32,000 nucleotides of DNA from Haloferax volcanii DS2 (lineage in GTDB: Archaea; Halobacteriota; Halobacteria; Halobacteriales; Haloferacaceae). The notes under the pieces are model-generated. The model had not been told where the DNA came from, made no database searches, and saw only the letters and a program-made list of their open reading frames with translations. The DNA is taken from NCBI RefSeq assembly GCF_000025685.1, contig NC_013964.1:90001-122000 (forward strand). Direction: 5' to 3'. The first letter of the stretch is position 1, and each line of letters begins with the position of its first letter. A program made the position numbers and the translations under genes. Shown piece after piece: positions 1 through 7,311 of this stretch.

Positions 1-600
1 CGCGCCGGCGAGTTTCGCGGCCTGCACGTACTCCTCGCTGCGCTCGCTGGCGACGATGCTCTGGACGAGGCGGGCGTGCCACGTCCACCACAGCGCCGCG
101 ATGGCTATCATCGCGTTCGTCAGCGTCGGCTCCAAGGCCGATGTGATTGCCAACGCCATCACGAGCGGCGGTAAGGCGAGCGCCGTGTCGGTCGCCCGCA
201 TGATAATCGTCTCGGTCCAGCCGCCGTAGTAGCCGGCGACGAGGCCGAGCAGCACGCCCACGGGGACGCCGAAGCCGAGGACGACGGCCACGAGCATGAG
301 CGACAGCCGGTAGCCGAAGAGGATGCGCGAGAGCACGTCGCGGCCGACGTGGTCGGTCCCCAGCGGGTGGTCGACGCTCGGCGGCTGAAGCGTGTTCGAG
401 AAGTCGGTGAACTTCCCGGCGTGTTCGGGGTACGGCGCGACGACGGGCGCGAAGACGGCGAGCAGGACGATGGCGATGATGATGCCGAGACCGACGACGC
501 TCATCGGCCTGCTGGTAAAGCGCTTCCACGACCGTTGCCAGAGTTCGCGGCGCTCGGCCGAGACGACCCGGTCGAGGACGCTCGTCGACTCGGCGCTCAT
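1..600 (-). CDS. ABC transporter permease, DppC/OppC type (start in window, 3' end beyond window edge)
   Basis: Absent from the ORF track because it runs off the window. Reverse translation from ATG 600-598 gives MSAESTSVLDRVVSAERRELWQRSWKRFTSRPMSVVGLGIIIAIVLLAVFAPVV..., a typical N-terminus plus first TM helix of the second Dpp/Opp permease. The frame stays open to nt 1. ATGA start/stop overlap with the upstream permease (stop 597-599). Confidence 0.85.
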   Translation of the reverse strand, partial: MSAESTSVLDRVVSAERRELWQRSWKRFTSRPMSVVGLGIIIAIVLLAVFAPVVAPYPEHAGKFTDFSNTLQPPSVDHPLGTDHVGRDVLSRILFGYRLSLMLVAVVLGFGVPVGVLLGLVAGYYGGWTETIIMRATDTALALPPLVMALAITSALEPTLTNAMIAIAALWWTWHARLVQSIVASERSEEYVQAAKLAGA

Positions 601-1628
601 GTCGCCTCCTCCATCGCCAGTCTGATGCGCGGGTCGACGCGACCCAACAGCACGTCGACGAGGAAGTTGATGCTCACGAACGCGACGCCGATGGTCATCG
701 TGACGCCGACGACGGCGTTGAAGTCGTTGTTCAGCACCGCGGTGACGCCGTAGGACGCGAGGCCGGGCCACGAGTAGACGAGTTCGATGAGGAACGCGTT
801 GCCCAGAAGCGAGGCGTACAACAGCCCCAGAATCGTGAGCGTCGGGATGAACGCGTTCTTGAGCGTGTACTTGTACGTGACGAGCCACGAGGGGAGGCCG
901 AAGCCGCGTTCGGCCTCGACGTAGTCTTGGTCTTTCACGTCAATCATGCTCGACCGGGTGATGCGCATCACCTGTCCGATGCCGGCGAGCGAGAGCGCGA
1001 GCGCCGGGAGGATGATGTGCGCCCACGCGTCGACGTGGGCCGCGAGGTTCCCCGACAGCAGGGTGTCCACGAGCAGGAAGCCCGTGAACCGCGAGACGCC
1101 CGAGCCGAACTCCGAGCCGAGCCGCCCCGTGATGGGGAGCCATTCGAGCAGGTAGCCGAATATCAGCTGGAACATGATTGCGACGAAGAAGCCGGGCACG
1201 CTCACGCTGAAGAACGCGACGAGCCGCGTCGCGTTGTCGGCGAGCCCGTCTTTGTTCTGCGCGGCGATGACGCCCAGCGGGATGCCGATGACGACGGTGA
1301 GGAACATCGACACCGTGATGAGTTCGAGCGTCGCCGGCAGGTAGTAGACGATGTCGGTGCTGACCGCGCGCTTCGTTTCGAGGCTCGTCCCGAGGTCTCC
1401 GACGAGCAGGCCCCGCATGTAGTCGAGGTACTGCAACGGAATCGGCTTGTTCAGGCCCATCTCGGCGGCGAGCGCCTGCACCTGCTCTTCGGACGCGAGC
1501 GCGCCGAGGGCCATTCGCGCGGGGTTCCCGGGGAGCACTCGTGACGTGGTGAAGATGATTATCGACAGGCCGATGAGACTCACGAGGATGCCCGCGAGCC
1601 GGCGCACGAGATACTGCCAGTACTTCAT
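597..1628 (-). CDS. ABC transporter permease, DppB/OppB type
   Basis: ORF 597..2006 trimmed to the internal Met at 1628 (MKYWQYLVRRLAGILVSLIGLSIIIFTTSRVLPGNPA...), the standard N-terminus of the first Dpp/Opp permease, with multiple hydrophobic spans. The 126 upstream codons are Arg/Pro-rich and lie inside the SBP gene. ATGA overlaps at both ends (1625-1628, 597-600) suggest translational coupling. Confidence 0.9.
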   Translation of the reverse strand: MKYWQYLVRRLAGILVSLIGLSIIIFTTSRVLPGNPARMALGALASEEQVQALAAEMGLNKPIPLQYLDYMRGLLVGDLGTSLETKRAVSTDIVYYLPATLELITVSMFLTVVIGIPLGVIAAQNKDGLADNATRLVAFFSVSVPGFFVAIMFQLIFGYLLEWLPITGRLGSEFGSGVSRFTGFLLVDTLLSGNLAAHVDAWAHIILPALALSLAGIGQVMRITRSSMIDVKDQDYVEAERGFGLPSWLVTYKYTLKNAFIPTLTILGLLYASLLGNAFLIELVYSWPGLASYGVTAVLNNDFNAVVGVTMTIGVAFVSINFLVDVLLGRVDPRIRLAMEEAT

Positions 1629-3370
1629 TCTTGGTAGATGTCGGGGAACCAGTAGTCGAAGCTCATCGACGGCCGGAAGGTGTAGCCCGCCACGTCGGCG
1701 GCGAAGGCGTGTTTCTTCGACTGGACGAAGATGAACAGGTCGGGGTACTGGTTCGCGATGCGTTCTTGCACCTCGGCGTACAGTTCGGCGCGGGCGTCGG
1801 CGTCGACCGTCGAGCGCGCCTCGTCGATGAGGGAATCGACGTTCTCGTCTTCGAGGTGTTCCATGCTCATCCACGTCGAGGCGGCCTCGGAGTGGTACTG
1901 GTTGTAGAACACCGTGTCGGGCGAGGGGTACACCGGCCCGTAGAACACCTGATTGATGTGGGGCGTGTCCTCGACGCTCGTGGCGAGTTCCGTCATCGTC
2001 CCCCACGTCTGGGGGTTCAACTCGACGTCGATGCCGATTTCGTCCATGTTCTGCTGGAACAGCAGCCCCATCTTCTCTTCGAGGCCGTAGTCCTTCACGT
2101 AGGTGTTCTGGACGGTGATGTCGCCCTCCTCGTAGCCGGCGTCGGCGAGAATCTGCCGCGCCCGCTCGGGGTCGTAGGTCGGCTGGACGATGTCGTCGTT
2201 GTGGACGCCGAACGACGACGGGAGCGGGCCCTGCGCGGGGAGCGACCCCGGCGCGATTTCGTTGCGCGCCGTCTCGTAGTCGAAGCCGTAAGCCATCGCC
2301 TCGCGGACCGCGGGGTCGTCGGTCGGGGCCTTCTGGGTGTTGATTTTGAAGTAGAACGTCGTCACCGTCGGCACCGACTCGACGCGGATGTCGTCTTCGG
2401 CAGCGAGCGCCTCGTAGGTCTCCTCGCTTTGGTACTGGCTCGACATGTCGAGTTCGCCCGTCTTCATCAGCGAGCGGACGGTCGGGTCGTTGGTGATGAT
2501 TTGGACGGTGACGTTGTCGTACGCGCCGTCTTTGAACGAGCCCCAGTAGTCCGCGTAGCGGCTGAACGAGATCTGGGCCTGCCGCTCGAAGCCCGCGAGC
2601 TCGTACGGGCCGGAGCCGGCGTCGTTGTCGTTGAGGAACGACTGGGCGTAGTCGCCGCGGTCGCCGAAGTCGCCGTCCTCGGCGTTGTCGAGGACCTGCT
2701 GTTTGTCGACGACGAACAGTAACACGAGCGTCGCGAGGAACGGCGAGTGGACGCGGTCGAGCGTGAACGACACGGTCCGCTCGTCCTCGACGGTCACGTT
2801 CTCCTTCGAGAGCACGTTACCGAGCAGCGACGAGTAGCCTTGGTTGATATCGAGGAAGCGCTCGGCCGAGAACTGCACGTCCTCCGCCGTAACGGGGTTG
2901 CCGCTGTGGAACGTCGCGCCCTCGCGGAGCGTGAACGTGTAGGTCTGGTTGTCGTCCGAGACGGTCCAGTCCTCCGCGAGGTGCCCCTGCAAATTCCCCT
3001 CCGTATCGGGGAACACGAGCGGGTCGTAGAGGTTGACCAACGCGAGCACCTGCGTGTAGTCGGTCCCCTTCGCGGGGTCGACGGTCCCGAAGCGCTGGGT
3101 CGCGCTCATGCGGAGCGTCGAACTGCCCGAGTCGCCGCCGGACGACGACTCCGTCTCTGTCTCCTCGTCGTCGCCGCCCGAGGCCGTGGTCTGTTCTTGG
3201 CCGTCGTAGCTCTCGCCGCCGCCGGAACAGCCCGCGAGACCGGCGATTCCGGCCGTCCCGAGCGCCTTGAGGAAGTTCCGCCGACTCGCCGCGTCTCCGA
3301 ACCGAGCGCGGACCGACTCCGACGCCGAACCCACCTGCGACCGCATCTGTGTGATGTCTTTTCTCGACAT
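1625..3370 (-). CDS. ABC transporter substrate-binding lipoprotein, SBP family 5 (Dpp/Opp type), Tat-exported
   Basis: 581-aa ORF with twin-arginine motif SRRNFLK, lipobox LAGC, then a Gly/Ser/Asp/Glu/Thr-rich linker. The mature part has family-5 SBP character (NLYDPLV, FHSGNPVTAEDV, YADYWG). An alternative start at Met9 (3346) is possible. Confidence 0.9.
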   Translation of the reverse strand: MSRKDITQMRSQVGSASESVRARFGDAASRRNFLKALGTAGIAGLAGCSGGGESYDGQEQTTASGGDDEETETESSSGGDSGSSTLRMSATQRFGTVDPAKGTDYTQVLALVNLYDPLVFPDTEGNLQGHLAEDWTVSDDNQTYTFTLREGATFHSGNPVTAEDVQFSAERFLDINQGYSSLLGNVLSKENVTVEDERTVSFTLDRVHSPFLATLVLLFVVDKQQVLDNAEDGDFGDRGDYAQSFLNDNDAGSGPYELAGFERQAQISFSRYADYWGSFKDGAYDNVTVQIITNDPTVRSLMKTGELDMSSQYQSEETYEALAAEDDIRVESVPTVTTFYFKINTQKAPTDDPAVREAMAYGFDYETARNEIAPGSLPAQGPLPSSFGVHNDDIVQPTYDPERARQILADAGYEEGDITVQNTYVKDYGLEEKMGLLFQQNMDEIGIDVELNPQTWGTMTELATSVEDTPHINQVFYGPVYPSPDTVFYNQYHSEAASTWMSMEHLEDENVDSLIDEARSTVDADARAELYAEVQERIANQYPDLFIFVQSKKHAFAADVAGYTFRPSMSFDYWFPDIYQE

Positions 3371-3403
3371 ACGTTACTCATCCTCACAGAGGTGCAATGG
3401 AAC

Positions 3404-3413
3404 ATAAAGATAC
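3404..3413 (-). promoter_or_regulatory. TATA-like box for the SBP/permease operon
   Basis: The minus strand reads GTATCTTTAT, centred about 38 nt upstream of ATG 3370. The same GTATCT(T/A)T core occurs at 10371-10381 and 16685-16697, and as ATCTTTAT at 7280-7289. Confidence 0.35.
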
Positions 3414-3690
3414 CGTATAGTAACCTAAAACAATATTCTCGGTTCAAAACGAAATGCCCGATGAACAATATGGAACAATGTGGCTGTCTGTCGTCTGCCA
3501 CACGTCTGGTCGTGTCTCCGTAATCGACGGACTGCACGACCGTCCGAAGCACGTCGCCGGCTGTCGTGGACGATTGGAAATATTAGTTTTCCGCCCGCTG
3601 GCGCTCGCTCACCGCTCGCGCCCGCGCTCTCCCACGCTACTGCGACGAGAGCCCGTTCCCGACTGTACAGTTCTCGGTCGTTCGAGACGG

Positions 3691-3925
3691 ATTATTATAA
3701 GAAAGCAATGATATTTTGAAATATGACAAATTTATCTGGGGCCTCGTAGGGGGCCTATCATAAATTCACAAAGTGGATTCTAAAACGCCTATTTATGGCT
3801 ATAACATCTGGTTTATCTCCTTATTACTGGATATTTATTAGTCATTGTGACTCGACAACTGATTGCCTATCTATACTGAATCCTATATTTTAAGAAAAAT
3901 ATATGCTTACTTACTTTTTATGACC
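3691..3925. other. AT-rich island inside a 722-bp divergent intergenic region
   Basis: About 235 bp that are by eye far below the window's GC (runs such as attattataagaaagcaatgatattttgaaatatgacaaatttatc and tatattttaagaaaaatatatgcttacttactttttatg). Contains many TATA-like words, no ORF of 60 aa or more, and one GC-rich insert with direct GGGGCCT repeats (3738-3744, 3750-3756). Confidence 0.6.
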
Positions 3926-4067
3926 TCACACAAGACGCTGTTCCGAACCGTCTCTCCGGCTTGGTTGCACCCGGCTTGTTCGCCCCGTTCCATCTCGCAG
4001 AAGTGATTCTGAAATCGGAAATCTAGTTGACAATTTGGCACGTGGTGTGACTCGGACGACGCTTAAG

Positions 4068-4079
4068 TCCCCGCGGGGA
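4068..4079. promoter_or_regulatory. Perfect 12-bp palindrome TCCCCGCGGGGA between the AT-rich box and the lactonase start
   Basis: tccccgcgggga equals its own reverse complement. It lies at -25 to -14 relative to ATG 4093, directly after the AT-rich gcttaag (4061-4067). Confidence 0.3.
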
Positions 4080-4092
4080 GAACGGCCACTCG

Positions 4093-4962
4093 ATGGCATG
4101 GGAGTTCGAGCGGGTCGCGGGTCCGTTTCGGGCCACCGAGGGCCCGATTTGGACCGGCGACGCGGTTCGATTCACGGAGATAAAGGAGAATCAGGTCCTC
4201 GAATACGACCCGGGGACGGGAGAGACGTGCGTCTACATCGACTCGACCGCCGGCGCGGTCGGCCTCCACGAGGGACGCGACGGCGAACTGTACGCCTGCG
4301 AGGCCGAGGGCCACCGCATCGCCGCGTTGACACCGGGTGAATCCGCGTCGGTCGTCGTCGACGAGTTCGAGGGGACGCCGCTCAACGGGCCGAACGACCT
4401 CGAAATCGACCACGACGGGGATATCTGGTTCACCGACCCCGACGACAAAGACCGGGGGCTGCTCGGTCACACCTCCGTCTTCCGCGCCGAGCGGGTGGAT
4501 GCGGACGCGAGCGACGGTTGGCGACTCGTCCGCCTCACAGACGAGATGGACCGACCGAACGGCATCCTCCTCTCGCCGGACGAGTCGCGACTGTACGTCG
4601 CAGAATGCACCTACGGCCCGGACCAAGAGACCGACCTGCGGGCCTATCCGATTCGCGACGACGGGTCGCTCGGCCCCCGCGAGATACTGCACGACTTCGG
4701 TGACCATCGCGGTATCGACGGCATGACGCTCACGGAGTCGGGCGACATCGTCGCCTGCGCCGGCTGGGAGAAAGGCGGCCCCGGACCGTCGATATATGTG
4801 TTCTCCCCGGAGGGCGAGGTGCTCGAACGTCACCCGTTCCCCGAGAACCGCCCGACGAACTGCACGCTCGGCGGGCCGGACTGCTCGACGCTCTACGTCG
4901 CGGACATGACGGGCAGCCTCTACGCGGCCGAGACCGACCGCTCGGCGTACGTTCGCTTCTGA
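4093..4962 (+). CDS. SMP-30/gluconolactonase/LRE-family sugar lactonase
   Basis: 289 aa with beta-propeller lactonase character (EGPIWTGD, PNDLEIDHDGDIWFTDP, RPNGILLSPDESRLYVAE, GIDGMTLTESGDIV). No signal peptide. Confidence 0.88.
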   Translation: MAWEFERVAGPFRATEGPIWTGDAVRFTEIKENQVLEYDPGTGETCVYIDSTAGAVGLHEGRDGELYACEAEGHRIAALTPGESASVVVDEFEGTPLNGPNDLEIDHDGDIWFTDPDDKDRGLLGHTSVFRAERVDADASDGWRLVRLTDEMDRPNGILLSPDESRLYVAECTYGPDQETDLRAYPIRDDGSLGPREILHDFGDHRGIDGMTLTESGDIVACAGWEKGGPGPSIYVFSPEGEVLERHPFPENRPTNCTLGGPDCSTLYVADMTGSLYAAETDRSAYVRF

Positions 4963-5046
4963 CCGAAACGGGACCGCGAGGACAGCTACGCTGGAGTGGC
5001 TGTCGTCGGAATCGACCCCGACCGCGGCGACTCCGACGCGGGCGTC

Positions 5047-5463
5047 TCAGCGGAGCGGTTCGAACGCGTCGAGCCCCGCTTGGGACGCTTCCATGTCTTC
5101 GGACACCGCGCCGCCGCTCGCGCCGACCGCGCCGACGACGACGCCGTCGTGTTCGACCGGGAACCCGCCGCCGAAGACGACGACGCGACCGTTATCGGTG
5201 GTGTGGAGGCCGTACACGTCGCCGCCGGGTTCGGCTCCTTCCTTCAGTTCGTGGGTGGGCTTCTTCACCGCGGCCGCGGTGTAGGCCTTGTTCTGTGCGA
5301 TGTTACTCGCGACGAGCTTCGCACCGTCCATCCGGCGGAAGCCGAGGAGGTTCCCCTCGCTGTTCGTCACCGCGAGGTTCAGCGGAACGCCGAGTTCCTC
5401 GGCTTTCTCCTCCATCGCGTCGAGAATCGTCTTGGCTTCGGCTAGCGTCAGCTCTTGTACCAT
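5047..5463 (-). CDS. GlcG/HbpS-like (DUF336) putative heme-binding protein
   Basis: ORF 5047..5499. The likely start is Met13 (MVQELTLAEAKTILDAMEEKAEELGVPLNLAVTNSEGNLLGFRRMDGA...NIAQNKAYTAA...GGGFPV...GAVGASGG), typical of the GlcG family. The longer start at 5499 is not excluded. Confidence 0.8.
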   Translation of the reverse strand: MVQELTLAEAKTILDAMEEKAEELGVPLNLAVTNSEGNLLGFRRMDGAKLVASNIAQNKAYTAAAVKKPTHELKEGAEPGGDVYGLHTTDNGRVVVFGGGFPVEHDGVVVGAVGASGGAVSEDMEASQAGLDAFEPLR

Positions 5464-5588
5464 CGACTCGACCGTCGGCGGCTCGGAGCAAAAATCCACC
5501 GCTCACGGGGAGAACCGCCGCCGGAACGGCCACAGACGGCGATGCAGCTATTCGAACCGAATCGAACGCTGCGGACTCGACTGCGCGT

Positions 5589-5606
5589 GTTCGCGTTCGC
5601 GTTCCC
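5589..5606. repeat. Hexamer tandem repeat GTTCGC GTTCGC GTTCCC
   Basis: Read directly at 5589-5606, in the 175-bp gap between the GH28 stop (5639) and the GlcG-like start (5463). Confidence 0.8.
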
Positions 5607-5638
5607 CTGTCGTCGTCGCGTCGGCTTGAACGTACGGG

Positions 5639-7255
5639 TTACCGCGGGAGGGCGTTCCCCGACCGCTCGAACGACGCCACGTCGCCGGCGTCGGCGGCGT
5701 CGATGAGGTCGTTGTTGACGAACAGGCGCTCGTCGGCCGTGTCCGACAGCGAGAGGAACGTTCCCGTTCCCTCGGTCGCCCGCGAGTTCCGAACCGTGAT
5801 GTCCGTCGTGTCGGAGACCGAAATCGCCGCCGCGTCGTCGTCGCGGTGGGCCTGTCGGCCGACGAAGCCGTCGACCAGCAGGCCGTCCACGTCCTCGCAG
5901 GCCAGTCCGCTCCGGTAGTAGTCGGGCAGGTCGCCGTCGTCGTCCCACTCGACGGTCACGTCGCGCATCGTCACGTCGCGGGCGTTCTCGACGTGGACGC
6001 CGGCGATGTCGTTGGCGAAGATGGGCGTGACGACCGAACTCGGCTGGAGGTCGAAGTTACCGCCCACCTCGTCGGCGTGCTCGCTTCCGGCGAGGTCGAT
6101 GCGGACGTTGTCGAACTCGATGGTCTCGATATCGGCGTCCGCGGAGCCGTAGACGAGCGCGCCGTTCTCGCTGCGCGCGACGATGTTCGAGAAGCGCACG
6201 TTCCGAATCCCGCCGAGGTCGGTGTCGCCGTCCCGCGGGACCGACGTGACGTAGATGGGCTCGCCTTTGCCCCACCACGGGCCGGGGAGCATGTTGGAGT
6301 TGACGACGATGTCGGTGAAAAGCACGTTCTCGACGACGCCCGAGTCGCGGTGCTGGATGCCGAGGCCGCGGTTCGATTCCTGCACGACGATGTTCTGGAA
6401 CAGGCAGTCGCGAATCGTGTCGTCGGTGCCCGAGCCGAACTTGATGGCGCAGGCGCTCGACCGGAGCGTGCAGTTCGTCACGACGATGCCCTCGCAGGTC
6501 GTCGGCTCGTCGGGGCGCGCGCCGAAGGTGATGCTGTCGTCGCACGACTGGATGGTGCAGTCGGAGATGTGGACGTTCTTCGTGTCGCCGAGCGCGATGC
6601 CGTCGCAGTTCGGGATGAGCAGGTGGTTGAGGATGTCGACGCCGCGGATATCGACCTCCTCGGTTCCATGGAACGACAGCGTCCACGCGGGCATGTCGCG
6701 GATGGTCACGTCGCGGACGCGGACGTTCGTGCAGTTGTTGAACCGGAACATCGGCCCGGGCCGGAAGTCGGGTTTGGCGACGGGCCAACCGTCCGTCCCA
6801 CTCGTCCGCGAGAGATAGGCGTCGCCCTGCCGCGCCTCGTGGGGACCGTTCGAGATGAGCGGGTGGGACGCGCTCTCGTTGGAGTGGCCCTGAATGGGCG
6901 TGTCCATCCGCATGAACTCGGTTCCGAGGCCGTCGAACTCGCCCTCGCCGGCGATGGTGACGTTCTCCACGTCCTCGGCGAGGAAGAAGATGCGCTCGTT
7001 GTCGGGGCCGATGAACTTGTCCGTGAACTCCGACTCGTCTTTCGCGGGGCTGACGACCGCGCCGGCTTCCAGATAGAGCGTCACGTCGCTTCGGAGATGG
7101 ACGGTTCCGACGGTGTACGGCCCGCTGGGGACGGTGACGGTCCCGCCGCCGGACTCCGAGCAGTCGTCGATGGCCGTCTGGAACGCCTCGGTCTGGAGGT
7201 CGGCCGTCTCGTCGGCGTAGGCTGTCACGTCGAAGGCACTCGCTGCGGGTGGCAT
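5639..7255 (-). CDS. Glycoside hydrolase family 28 protein (polygalacturonase/rhamnogalacturonan-hydrolase-like beta-helix), cytoplasmic
   Basis: 538 aa. The N-terminus FQTAIDDCSESGGGTVTVPSGPYTVGTVHLRSDVTLYLEAGA is typical of pectate-lyase-fold/GH28 proteins. Repeated beta-helix coils are present. GH28-type acidic motifs are IPNCDGIAL (Asp218 codon 6602-6604) and QSCDDSITF (Asp239-Asp240). No Tat/Sec leader. Confidence 0.88.
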   Translation of the reverse strand: MPPAASAFDVTAYADETADLQTEAFQTAIDDCSESGGGTVTVPSGPYTVGTVHLRSDVTLYLEAGAVVSPAKDESEFTDKFIGPDNERIFFLAEDVENVTIAGEGEFDGLGTEFMRMDTPIQGHSNESASHPLISNGPHEARQGDAYLSRTSGTDGWPVAKPDFRPGPMFRFNNCTNVRVRDVTIRDMPAWTLSFHGTEEVDIRGVDILNHLLIPNCDGIALGDTKNVHISDCTIQSCDDSITFGARPDEPTTCEGIVVTNCTLRSSACAIKFGSGTDDTIRDCLFQNIVVQESNRGLGIQHRDSGVVENVLFTDIVVNSNMLPGPWWGKGEPIYVTSVPRDGDTDLGGIRNVRFSNIVARSENGALVYGSADADIETIEFDNVRIDLAGSEHADEVGGNFDLQPSSVVTPIFANDIAGVHVENARDVTMRDVTVEWDDDGDLPDYYRSGLACEDVDGLLVDGFVGRQAHRDDDAAAISVSDTTDITVRNSRATEGTGTFLSLSDTADERLFVNNDLIDAADAGDVASFERSGNALPR

Positions 7256-7279
7256 GTACGCGTACCCTCGCGGTGACCT

Positions 7280-7289
7280 ATCTTTATAC
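7280..7289. promoter_or_regulatory. Shared AT-rich TATA-like element of the divergent GH28 / sulfatase pair
   Basis: ATCTTTATAC is the only AT-rich word in the 56-bp gap. It is centred about 27 nt upstream of GTG 7312 (+) and about 30 nt upstream of ATG 7255 (-). Confidence 0.45.
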
Positions 7290-7311
7290 TACTGGTGGTC
7301 GGAGTTCGGCC

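Noticed and set aside
3454-3719. 85-aa and 79-aa ORFs in the GC-rich part of the large divergent spacer
   Set aside because: They occupy two overlapping frames, are Arg/Ser/Pro-rich, and have no motif and no plausible promoter spacing. I treat them as non-coding, though a decayed gene fragment cannot be excluded.
3571-3925. Possible replication origin (AT-rich unwinding element plus inverted repeats GGAAA-N7-TTTCC)
   Set aside because: There is no adjacent orc1/cdc6 gene and no repeated ORB-like elements flanking the AT tract that I can recognise. A single short dyad is insufficient.
4835-5660. Apparent enrichment of the 8-mer GGGGAACG/CGTTCCCC in spacers (5600-5607, 19940-19947, 19993-20000, 24747-24754)
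   Set aside because: The same 8-mer also occurs inside coding sequence (4835-4842 in the lactonase gene, 5653-5660 in the GH28 gene). I could not scan or score the whole window rigorously. Only the longer symmetric sites are reported as candidates.
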